Shown piece after piece: positions 27,361 to 36,152 of a stretch of DNA of 52,693 nucleotides. Each line of letters starts with the position of its first letter. Position 1 is the stretch's first letter. Below the pieces are notes generated by a model. That model was given only the letters and a program-made list of their open reading frames with translations, was not told the origin of the DNA and searched no databases. The stretch is from an uncultured Clostridia bacterium (GTDB lineage: Bacteria > Bacillota > Clostridia > Christensenellales > UBA1242): positions 1 through 52,693 of the forward strand of contig CALWKH010000001.1 of assembly GCA_944381195.1 (NCBI GenBank), given 5' to 3'. A program made the position numbers and the translations under genes.

Positions 27361-27697
27361 CAAAAAACCTCTTTAATATTATATTTATTATTTTATCAAA
27401 TAAAATATAATTTTTCAATGCTTTACATCATTTTTTTGATAGTTTATCACTCTTTTTTTGTATAAATTTTAAATCTAAAGAGTGCCAAGCGCAAAATTAC
27501 TGATTAAACATATTAGCATTTTATTCTAAAAACGATTTTACAATTATTAAAAATATATAAATACCAGTTTCACTCACAGAAAACAAAAAGTTCTTATTTA
27601 TTTTTGCACAGTATTTTTTATAATATTTAAGTTTTTAAAAGTTAAAGTGTTTTTACTGAATATTACTTATCTGTTTCAAAACTGAGATGAATATTTT

Positions 27698-28663
27698 TTA
27701 CTTGTGCTTTTTAACAAATTTTTCATACTCCAATTTTTCTTTGTCACTTAAATTGTTTGTCAAGCGTTCAAGTTCTTCACTTTTTCTTTTGATTGCACGA
27801 AGTTTTTTGGTCATCTTCTTTATGTTTTGATTGGCTGTTTTTCTGTTTAGAACTTGTTGTAAATCTGGAATAACCTTTTTGGTTGCAACATAGCCTCTTT
27901 TCATAAGTTCCAAAGTGTTTGAAATTTTAAGTTGGCTGAACTCAGACAAATCAATTTTTATGATGTAATCTGAGTGAACATAGCCATTAACAGCATTAGA
28001 CACCATTAAAATTCTGAGTGACGCTTTCAAAACATCAATGGTCTTTGTGCTATCTGTTCCATAGCCACGGGTTGGGTTGATATCAAGAGAAACAACAATA
28101 TCTGCCCCCATTTCACGAAGGGCATCTGCTGGAATGTTGTTTGTTAAAAGCCCGTCAACCAAAATTTTATCATCAAGTTCAACAGGAGTAAAAACGCCTG
28201 GAACAGCGCAAGAACCTGCAATTGCCTTTTTTAAGTTTCCGCTTGTTATGTGAACCTCTTTGCCTGTTTTAAGGTCAACAGCAACAACGCAAAGTGGCTT
28301 TTTCAATGTTTCAAAGGTGTTATCTTGCAAAATCTCATCAAGCATTTTTTCAAAGCGTTCTGTTTTGCTTGGAACAAACATGATTTTTGATGAAGTAAAG
28401 TCACTTTGTTTAACCTTTAAAGCATATTGTTCCATTTCTTCGATTGGCATATCAAGAGCATAGAGTGCACCCATTAAAGAACCAATTGATGTTCCTGCAA
28501 CCATATCAAACTCAATGCCTGCCTCTTTGAGCGCACGCATAACGCCAATATAGGAAAAACCACGAACACCTCCACCGCTAAAAACAATTCCAGTTTTCAA
28601 TTTCTTTGGCTCTTCCTTTGTCTCTTTTTTAAATAAATTCTTAAAAAAATCTAAATACTTCAT
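27698..28663 (-). CDS. Patatin-like phospholipase
   Basis: GIVFSGGGVRG oxyanion motif, GTSIG nucleophile elbow and VDGLL Asp dyad. The C-terminal tail is basic and helical. Confidence 0.85.
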   Translation of the reverse strand: MKYLDFFKNLFKKETKEEPKKLKTGIVFSGGGVRGFSYIGVMRALKEAGIEFDMVAGTSIGSLMGALYALDMPIEEMEQYALKVKQSDFTSSKIMFVPSKTERFEKMLDEILQDNTFETLKKPLCVVAVDLKTGKEVHITSGNLKKAIAGSCAVPGVFTPVELDDKILVDGLLTNNIPADALREMGADIVVSLDINPTRGYGTDSTKTIDVLKASLRILMVSNAVNGYVHSDYIIKIDLSEFSQLKISNTLELMKRGYVATKKVIPDLQQVLNRKTANQNIKKMTKKLRAIKRKSEELERLTNNLSDKEKLEYEKFVKKHK

Positions 28664-28818
28664 ATTTTTTTCTTCTATAAGATGTTAATATAAAACTTTA
28701 AATCTATAAAATGTTAACATAAAATTTAAAAAAAATAAAGAAAAAAGAGGCAATTTTTACCCCTTTTATCTTATATTTGTTAAGTTTTTCGCAAAATCTC
28801 AATTTTGCTTATTCTGTA

Positions 28819-30057
28819 TTATTTGCCCTCTTGCGCTTTCTTTTCTTCTATTGCTTTTTCAACCTCAGCAATGTCTGCAAGAATTTCAGCATTAACCTTC
28901 TTCAATATCTTGTTTGTCTTTTCAAGAATTGGGAATCTGTCTTTGTTTGCGTTCATAACATCTTCACAATGTTGAACAGAAAGTCTCAAACCGTCAAGAA
29001 GGTCAAGGTCTTCATTAAGTTTCTTTGCTTTTTCTTCATCTATATCTACATAGTTGTTAACACCATAAAGAATAACTTTTTGTCTTGCAACAATTGCTTC
29101 ACGTCTTGTGAGTTTTGCCTTGTCTTTTTCAAGTGTCTTCTTAACTCTTGCAAGTGGATTATATTCTTTTTTGTTTTCTCTTAGGTCTTTCTTGTTGGCT
29201 TTGAGTCTCTCGTTAAGCATTTCAAGTCTTGCTTCAAGTTGTTCGAGGCTTTCGTTTGAATAGATTGAAGACATATCGCTTACAACAACTGAATTTGCTT
29301 GTTCCTCTTTTAGTTCTTCAAGGCGTTTCATTTCTTCCTCAAGTTGTTTTCTTTGCTCCTCAAGGTTTGCCTTTTGTTCTTCAATTTTTGCTTGCTCTTC
29401 TTCTAGTTCTTTTCTTTCTTGTTCGAGTTCTTCACGCTCTTTTTCATAGTTAATATCTTCTTCCTCTGCCTTGTCAAGTTCATCAAACAGATTTGTTTGT
29501 CCTTCAATTAAAACACTGTCTTCTTGTTTTACTTCTTCTTTCTTAACTTCTTGTTTTGGCTTTTCAACTACAACAGGTTTTTCCTCTTTTTTGTAAAGAG
29601 CATTATATTCTGCAACGCTTTCTGTGTTTACCTTTTCGATGATTTTTTCCAGTTCTTTGTCGCTAACCTCGTTCACAGCAGGTTCGTTTGTGTCGCTGAA
29701 AATGTCATCAAACTCATCAAAGTTTGCTTCTGTCTTTTTGTTTTCTTCAACAGTTTGTGATTGAAGATTGTTAACATTATAATCAATCTTTGTCTTTTCC
29801 TCGGCTGCTTTCTGCTCGTTCCAAGAAGGGTTTTGCTGATTATTTTGTTCGTTAACATATTCTTCATCAAGTTCGTTGGTTTCAAGAACAGTTGGACGAA
29901 CTGTTTTCTCTTTTGAACCTTTATCTTTTGATTTGTTTTCTGTTTTAGAATCTTTGCCCAAACCTGTTATGATTAGATGAGCAACAAGATAGACAATAAT
30001 TGCACCAACAACTACCACACCAATTATTGCTAAAATGTTTAAAAAAGTTGACCACAT
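28819..30057 (-). CDS. Membrane-anchored Glu/Lys-rich coiled-coil protein
   Basis: N-terminal TM segment (ILAIIGVVVVGAIIVYLVAHLII) followed by about 370 aa of charged heptad-like sequence. AAGGAG RBS. Confidence 0.6.
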   Translation of the reverse strand: MWSTFLNILAIIGVVVVGAIIVYLVAHLIITGLGKDSKTENKSKDKGSKEKTVRPTVLETNELDEEYVNEQNNQQNPSWNEQKAAEEKTKIDYNVNNLQSQTVEENKKTEANFDEFDDIFSDTNEPAVNEVSDKELEKIIEKVNTESVAEYNALYKKEEKPVVVEKPKQEVKKEEVKQEDSVLIEGQTNLFDELDKAEEEDINYEKEREELEQERKELEEEQAKIEEQKANLEEQRKQLEEEMKRLEELKEEQANSVVVSDMSSIYSNESLEQLEARLEMLNERLKANKKDLRENKKEYNPLARVKKTLEKDKAKLTRREAIVARQKVILYGVNNYVDIDEEKAKKLNEDLDLLDGLRLSVQHCEDVMNANKDRFPILEKTNKILKKVNAEILADIAEVEKAIEEKKAQEGK

Positions 30058-30081
30058 TTTTTTACTCCTTTGAATTTTAAG

Positions 30082-30463
30082 TGGTGGAAGCGATGGGAAT
30101 TGAACCCATGTCCAAATGAACTCTTGATAATCACACTACATGCTTAGTTGTTTTTTTATTTCACCAAAGTTATCTAAAACAACAAACATCTTTGGCAAGC
30201 CTTTTTACAATGCAAAATCTGGCAAACCTTGCAAGTTTGATTGGTTTTTTAAAGGTCTAAATGCTTGCAACCAATCACACATCATTCAAACCTGTCTTAT
30301 CTTTAAGACTTTTTATGCGTAAGCAACTGCACCATAGGATGAAGTGCTTGCATAGTTTACAGTTTTATTTTCTGCGTTTATTTTGTGTTTTCGTTTGTAA
30401 CGCAGACGAACCTGCGACATGCGTGATTAAAAATCCTTCACCTGTCAAAACCAACACGCCCCC
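30082..30463 (-). ncRNA. ssrA: tmRNA (SsrA), 382 nt with encoded CCA
   Basis: 5' end GGGGGCGUGUUGGUUUUGACAGG and 3' end GGACAUGGGUUCAAUUCCCAUCGCUUCCACCA. 7-bp acceptor stem with a G3-U pair. Tag ORF GCA..TAA at 30375..30313. It sits immediately downstream of smpB. Confidence 0.9.
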
Positions 30464-30918
30464 TAAGTATTATGGCTTTGCATCTTTAATCTTTGTTGAA
30501 TATTTCTTTCTGTATCCCTTTTCTTGATGCTTTCTCTTTTGTCGTGAAGAAGCTTTCCCCTGCAAAGTGCAATTTCAAGTTTTACGTATTGTCTGTCAAG
30601 ATAGACTCTTAAGGGAACACAAGTAAGCCCTTTTTGCTGAACTTTTCGTTCTAGGTCAAGAATTTCTTTTTTGTTAAGCAAAAGTTTTCTTGTTCTTCTT
30701 TCATCTGGCACAAAATTTTTTGTTTGGCTGAATGTTTTTATGAACATATTGTGAATGAATGCCTCACCGTTTCTGAAAGTTATGAAACTTTCGTTTATGC
30801 TTACATTCTTCTGCCTTATGCTTTTAACCTCACAGCCAACCAAAGATATTCCAGCATTAAACCTTTCAAGGACAAAATATTCAAACTGTGCTCGTTTGTT
30901 AGTAGCGATGTTTTCCAT
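30463..30918 (-). CDS. smpB: SsrA-binding protein SmpB
   Basis: NKRAQFEYFVLERFNAGISLVGCEVKS...RTRKLLLNKKEI. Start at Met15 (30918) after GAGGT. Confidence 0.9.
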   Translation of the reverse strand: MENIATNKRAQFEYFVLERFNAGISLVGCEVKSIRQKNVSINESFITFRNGEAFIHNMFIKTFSQTKNFVPDERRTRKLLLNKKEILDLERKVQQKGLTCVPLRVYLDRQYVKLEIALCRGKLLHDKRESIKKRDTERNIQQRLKMQSHNT

Positions 30919-30997
30919 TTCTACCTCTCGTATTATATCACTATTTAATAAAATTTTCAATACCTTTTTGAAAAATTACATAAAAAATGGCAAAAAA

Positions 30998-33106
30998 TCA
31001 ACTTTTTTCATCATTTTTTACAATTTTGAAATTTATTTGACGCTTTTGAAGATTAACTTCAACAACTTCAACCTTGACTTTTTGACCTAATTGAAAACTG
31101 TTTTTGTTGCCTTTGAGAAGATATTGGTTCTCAATATAAGTATATACATCAAAAGGCAAATCTGCTTCTGCGCAAAGCCCTTCCACCGTGTTAGGAAGTT
31201 CAACGAACACACCAAAGGTGTTAACTCCGCTGACAATTCCGTCATAAACTTCACCAATTTTGTTCTGCATAAATTCTGCTTTTTTAAGGTCATCAACCGC
31301 CCTTTCTGCAGTTTCGGCAAGTTTTTCTCGGTCGCTAGATTCAATGCTTGCTGTAACAACAAAGTCTTTATAGAACTCAATTCTGTTGTAATCTGCCTTT
31401 TTAAGCACGCAATTTTTAAGAATTCTGTGCACCATTAAATCTGGATATCTTCTTATTGGTGAGGTAAAATGACAATAGAATGGTGCAGCAAGCCCAAAGT
31501 GTCCAAGATTTTCGCTTGCATACCTTGCTTTTTGCAAGGAGCGAAGCATAACTTTATTCACAACGGTTTCATAGTCCTTGCCCTTTATGCTGGTAAGCAG
31601 ATTTTGCAAATCTTTTGGTCTCACGCTTTCCGCCTGCCCCTTTATGTGAAGCCCAAGGCTTGACACAAAGGCAAAGAAATTGCTCATTTTAATTGCATCT
31701 GGTTGCTCGTGAACACGGTATACGCAAGGCAATTTTCTTTCACAAATATCTTTTGCAACAACTTCATTTGCAAGAAGCATGAAACTCTCAATCAATTTAT
31801 GTGCAGTGTTTCGCTCATATTCCACCACATCTACAACAGCACCAAATTCATTTAGAATGATTTTTGCCTCTGGAACATCAAGGTCAAGCGCACCTCTTTT
31901 TTCACGCAATTTGAATAGAACATTGTGCAGTTCTTCCATAATTTTGAATTTTTGCACTAAATTTTCATATTTTTTGCAAGTTTTTTCATCATTTTGCAGA
32001 ATTGCATAAACATCGGTATAGGTCATGCGTGCGCAAGATTTGATGACACCTTCACAAATTTTATAGTCTTTTACCTTTCCTTTTGAGTCAATATCCATAA
32101 CAACAGACATTGTAAGTCTTTCAACATCTGGGTTCAAAGAACAAATTCCGTTGCTGAGTTCAACAGGAAGCATTGGCAAAACACGGTCGCAAAAATATAC
32201 ACTTGTGCCACGCTTTAGCGCTTCACTGTCAAGTGCGGAACCAATTTTAACATAGTGACTGACATCGGCAATGTGAACGCCAAGTTTCCAACCGTCTTCC
32301 GTTCTATCAATAGAAATTGCATCGTCAAAGTCTCGCGCGTCCTCGCCGTCAATGGTTACAATCTGCTCTTTTGTGAAATCAACTCTGCCCTCTTTGTCTT
32401 CTGGGCGAACAATGTCTGGAACGCTTCGTGCCTCTTTTAATACCTCTGGCTCGAACTCTTCATAGAGATTATATTCACGAATGATAGACAGAATGTCAAC
32501 ACCTTTGTTGCTTGCGTTTCCAAGAACTTCAACAATTTTACCCTCAGGATTTTTGCCGTCTTTGTCAAACTTTTCAATTCGAACAACAACTTTATCAAGA
32601 TGTTTTGCTCTTGTTTTCTTGTCAAGTTTGACATATATATCACTGAAATTGTGATTGTCGTCAGGTTTGACAAAAGCAAATTTTGGGTTTGTCATCAAAA
32701 GTGTTCCAACAATGTTATCTTTATTTCTCTCAACAATTTTGAAAACTTCGCCCTCTTGCTTATCGTCCTTTGTGATTATTTTTATTAAAACAATGTCTTT
32801 ATTAAGTGCGTTTTTGAGTTTTACATGAGGAATGAAAACATCTGGCTGGTCGCTGTCAAGAAGTTTGCAAAACGCAAAACCACGGGCATTACCAATAAGT
32901 CTGCCCTTATGTAATCCAAGTTTGCTTGTTGCAATTATCTTTTGCCCGCCAGTTAAAACAAGTTCGCCTTCCTTTAAAAGTCTTGAAATCTCAGCAAAAA
33001 CTTCTGAATTATCAAGATTTAACGCAGTGCTGACAGCGTGAGAAAGTTCGCCTTGCTTTAAATAGTCAAGGTTGTTGTTTGTTATGTATTCTAAAATGTT
33101 TTCCAT
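30998..33106 (-). CDS. rnr: Ribonuclease R
   Basis: 702 aa with cold-shock-like domains, the RNB core (DGEDARDFDDAIS, HFTSPIRRYPDL) and a C-terminal S1 domain. Confidence 0.95.
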   Translation of the reverse strand: MENILEYITNNNLDYLKQGELSHAVSTALNLDNSEVFAEISRLLKEGELVLTGGQKIIATSKLGLHKGRLIGNARGFAFCKLLDSDQPDVFIPHVKLKNALNKDIVLIKIITKDDKQEGEVFKIVERNKDNIVGTLLMTNPKFAFVKPDDNHNFSDIYVKLDKKTRAKHLDKVVVRIEKFDKDGKNPEGKIVEVLGNASNKGVDILSIIREYNLYEEFEPEVLKEARSVPDIVRPEDKEGRVDFTKEQIVTIDGEDARDFDDAISIDRTEDGWKLGVHIADVSHYVKIGSALDSEALKRGTSVYFCDRVLPMLPVELSNGICSLNPDVERLTMSVVMDIDSKGKVKDYKICEGVIKSCARMTYTDVYAILQNDEKTCKKYENLVQKFKIMEELHNVLFKLREKRGALDLDVPEAKIILNEFGAVVDVVEYERNTAHKLIESFMLLANEVVAKDICERKLPCVYRVHEQPDAIKMSNFFAFVSSLGLHIKGQAESVRPKDLQNLLTSIKGKDYETVVNKVMLRSLQKARYASENLGHFGLAAPFYCHFTSPIRRYPDLMVHRILKNCVLKKADYNRIEFYKDFVVTASIESSDREKLAETAERAVDDLKKAEFMQNKIGEVYDGIVSGVNTFGVFVELPNTVEGLCAEADLPFDVYTYIENQYLLKGNKNSFQLGQKVKVEVVEVNLQKRQINFKIVKNDEKS

Positions 33107-33126
33107 GTAATTCTCCTTTTTTCATA

Positions 33127-33160
33127 AAACGCAAGAAGAGGACAACAAAATGTCCTCCTC
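33127..33160 (-). terminator. Hairpin terminator after secG
   Basis: 10-bp stem GAGGAGGACA/TGTCCTCTTC followed by TTGCGTTTT on the minus strand. Confidence 0.5.
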
Positions 33161-33172
33161 TAATATTTAATA

Positions 33173-33487
33173 TTATATATCTGCCTGAACAATTGACCAT
33201 AAAATGAAATAAATAATTGTGAAAACCGCAATCAAAATTCCAAGAGCAATGGTCCATTTTTTAAGTCTGCCTTCCAGTGTTTTGCCTTTGTTTTGTGCAT
33301 AATAGGTTTCTGTTGTTCCACTGAGTGCATTAAAACCGCCACTGTTTCCTTTTTGGCACAGCACTAAAACGATGATTGCAATAGCGCAAACTGCAATCAA
33401 TGCAATCAGCACAATTTTCGTATAAGACACAAAATTTGCAAATTCTGCAGACACAGCGCCAAGCATATTAGCCATTGAGCCGAACAT
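33173..33487 (-). CDS. secG: Preprotein translocase subunit SecG
   Basis: Two TM helices flank LCQKGNSGGFNALSG. It has the Bacillus-like position upstream of rnr-smpB-ssrA. GGAGGAATT precedes the ATG. The N-terminus is about 20 aa longer than B. subtilis SecG. Confidence 0.75.
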   Translation of the reverse strand: MFGSMANMLGAVSAEFANFVSYTKIVLIALIAVCAIAIIVLVLCQKGNSGGFNALSGTTETYYAQNKGKTLEGRLKKWTIALGILIAVFTIIYFILWSIVQADI

Positions 33488-33562
33488 AATTCCTCCAAAA
33501 ATATAAGTAAAATGATTGTATCACAAAACTTTTAACTTTTCAAGTGAATTTTTAATATTTTT

Positions 33563-33796
33563 TTACCTGAGCCACACATAAAGCATGCAAAGTGTGAAAA
33601 AAAGTATAAAAAGAACTAAATATCCATATCTAATTGGTGATTTTTCCGCATCTTTTTTTAGGTTGAGTGTTTTTGCCAAGGCAAAAAACGCAAGTGCCAA
33701 AAAGACAAGTATAAGAATATACCTTAGATAGTCAGGTATATCTCTGAACAATGTGTTGATTATGGTGTTAAATGCATCAAGCATTAAAAAACTCAT
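33563..33796 (-). CDS. Small two-TM membrane protein, hypothetical
   Basis: 77 aa with AGGAG 7 nt upstream and two hydrophobic helices. Confidence 0.5.
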   Translation of the reverse strand: MSFLMLDAFNTIINTLFRDIPDYLRYILILVFLALAFFALAKTLNLKKDAEKSPIRYGYLVLFILFFTLCMLYVWLR

Positions 33797-33911
33797 TTGC
33801 TACTCCTATATAACAAATTTTACTTTATTTAAACATTGTTTGTCAAGATTATTTCATATTTAATGATTAAAATATCAAAATTTTTTGACAAAAAGCAAAT
33901 TTTTAGCAAAA

Positions 33912-35426
33912 TTATTTTATAAGTGATGGTGCATCCATTTCTTCTGGCACAGGAAAGTCCATGATTTCCAAAACCGTTGGAGCAAAAGAAGATAGTGCAA
34001 AAGTTCCTTTTTTGAACTTTATACCCTTATCTGTAACCAAAAATGGCACAGGGTTTTTTGTGTGAGTGGTGCTCATGCCTGCCTTAACTCGCATATCTTC
34101 AATGTTTCCGTGGTCAGCGGTAATAACGCATTCATACCCCATGTTAAGAGCAGCAGTAACGACTTTTTCAAGTGCTTTATCAAGTGTTTCAAGTGTAATT
34201 AAACAAGCATTATAGTCGCCAGTGTGCCCAACCATATCTGCGTTGGAAAAATTAACAAGAATAAAATCATATTTAAGTTTTACCAAAGCATTTTCAACTG
34301 CTTGTGCAATTTCTGGCGCTTTCATCTGTGGAAATTTTGCAAAGTTGTCAACATTTTCGCTTTCAATCAAAATTCTATCTTCGCCCTTTGGGGCTTTTTC
34401 CACTCCACCATTAAAATAGTAGGTCACATGTGCATATTTTGTTGTTTCACTGACTTTGAGTTGTTTGCATCCAAGTTTACTTAAATATTTGGAAAGAGTT
34501 AAATGTTTTGTTTCAGCAGGAAAAGCCACTTTTACTGCTTTAAATCTTTTATCATATACCGCCATTGAAACACAAGTGACAGGTTTTATTCCTCGCTTAA
34601 ACTCACTAAATTTTTTGCTGAAAAATGCGTTTGTGATTTGGCGCATACGGTCAGGTCTGAAATTAAAGAAAAACATTTCATCTTTGTCTTTCATGCCCTT
34701 ATATCCGCCCACAACATATGGTGGCAAAAACTCGTCGCTGGTTTTCTTTGCATATTCAATGTCAAAAGCCTGCTGAAAAGTTTTTACCTTTTTACCTTTG
34801 CCAAAAGCAATAAGGTTATATGCCTCTTCTGTTCTGTTCCACCTTTGTTCTCTGTCCATTGCGTAAAATCTTCCACAAACGGTGGCAATTTCGCCTGTTT
34901 GAAGTTGCTTGACTTCGTCTTGAACACGCTGAACAAAATCACGACCAGAATCTGGCGCCGTGTCTCGCCCGTCTGTTATGCAGTGAATTTTTATGTCTTT
35001 AAGTCCATTATCTTTTGCCATTTTAAGAATGCTTAACAGATGATAGATTGAACTGTGAATTCCCCCGTCAGAAACAAGCCCAACAAGGTGCAGAGTTGCT
35101 CCGTTCTTCTTAACCCTATTCATCTGCTCTAATATCACTTTGTTTTCAAAAAATGAACCGTCTTTGATTGCCTTATTTATTCTCATAAACTCTTGCAAAA
35201 TGCACTTGCCTGCGCCAAGATTAAGGTGCCCAACTTCGCTTCCACCCATTTGCCCCTCGGGCAAGCCAACATATTCCTCACTTGCTTGCAAACTTGTGTG
35301 TGGGTATGTCTTTAAGAGTTTTTTCCAAAAAGGCATTTTTGCCTCTTTGAGTGGATTGCTGTCACTGCTTTCGTTGTTGCCAAATCCGTCTAGAACAATA
35401 GCAAGAACTGGTCTTCTTGTTTTCAT
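33912..35426 (-). CDS. gpmI: 2,3-bisphosphoglycerate-independent phosphoglycerate mutase
   Basis: 504 aa with VLDGFG, GSEVGHLNLGAG and TADHGN motifs. ATGA overlap with tpiA. Confidence 0.95.
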   Translation of the reverse strand: MKTRRPVLAIVLDGFGNNESSDSNPLKEAKMPFWKKLLKTYPHTSLQASEEYVGLPEGQMGGSEVGHLNLGAGKCILQEFMRINKAIKDGSFFENKVILEQMNRVKKNGATLHLVGLVSDGGIHSSIYHLLSILKMAKDNGLKDIKIHCITDGRDTAPDSGRDFVQRVQDEVKQLQTGEIATVCGRFYAMDREQRWNRTEEAYNLIAFGKGKKVKTFQQAFDIEYAKKTSDEFLPPYVVGGYKGMKDKDEMFFFNFRPDRMRQITNAFFSKKFSEFKRGIKPVTCVSMAVYDKRFKAVKVAFPAETKHLTLSKYLSKLGCKQLKVSETTKYAHVTYYFNGGVEKAPKGEDRILIESENVDNFAKFPQMKAPEIAQAVENALVKLKYDFILVNFSNADMVGHTGDYNACLITLETLDKALEKVVTAALNMGYECVITADHGNIEDMRVKAGMSTTHTKNPVPFLVTDKGIKFKKGTFALSSFAPTVLEIMDFPVPEEMDAPSLIK

Positions 35427-36151
35427 ATTTTCTCCTTTGCGCTTTTTGCTATTTCCAAAAATTCATTAACTTTCAAACTAGCGCCACCGATGAGTGCCCC
35501 ATCAACAATATCGCCAGAAAGAAGTTCTTTTGCATTTGATGCTTTAACGCTTCCACCATAAAGCACTTTTAGATTTTGCTTAAATTCTTTGTTTATATAT
35601 TCCTTGATATATGAAATTGTCTGGTCAACTTCTTTTTTTGTTGGGGTTTTGCCCGTTCCAATTGCCCAAACAGGTTCATAGGCAATTATAATTTTCTTTG
35701 AAAAATCGGCTTTCGACAGCCCAATTTTTAACTGACTTTTAAGCACGCTTTTTGTTTTCTTTTGCTCATTTTCTTGCAAGGTTTCGCCAATACACAAAAC
35801 AGGCATTATGTTTCTTGATTGCAATGCTTTCACCTTTTCACGACACCACTCGTTTGTTTCGCCAAAAATTTGTCGCCTTTCGCTGTGCCCAACAAGGCAA
35901 AATGAAGCACCGCAGTCAGCAAGCATTTTTGCGCTGATTTCACCTGTATAGGCTCCACTTTCTGCAAATGACACATTTTGCGCACCAATTTGCGCCTTTT
36001 TTCCAAGTTTTTTTTGCATTTCTTTTATATATGGAAATGGAACTGCTATGCCAAAGACAGCATCTTCTTTTGGTGGTTTAAAAGATTTGATGAAATCTTT
36101 TACCTCAACACTGGTGTTGTTCATTTTCCAATTACCAAAAATATATTTCAT
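35423..36151 (-). CDS. tpiA: Triose-phosphate isomerase
   Basis: GNWKMN, VGHSERR, AYEPVWAIGTG and GGASL motifs. Confidence 0.95.
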   Translation of the reverse strand: MKYIFGNWKMNNTSVEVKDFIKSFKPPKEDAVFGIAVPFPYIKEMQKKLGKKAQIGAQNVSFAESGAYTGEISAKMLADCGASFCLVGHSERRQIFGETNEWCREKVKALQSRNIMPVLCIGETLQENEQKKTKSVLKSQLKIGLSKADFSKKIIIAYEPVWAIGTGKTPTKKEVDQTISYIKEYINKEFKQNLKVLYGGSVKASNAKELLSGDIVDGALIGGASLKVNEFLEIAKSAKEKI

Positions 36152-36152
36152 T

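Noticed and set aside
26502-30081. Genomic island integrated at ssrA
   Set aside because: I found no integrase or recombinase and no direct repeat of the tmRNA 3' end (TGGTGGAAGCGATGGGAATTGAACC or part of it). It is kept only as a low-confidence note in the findings.
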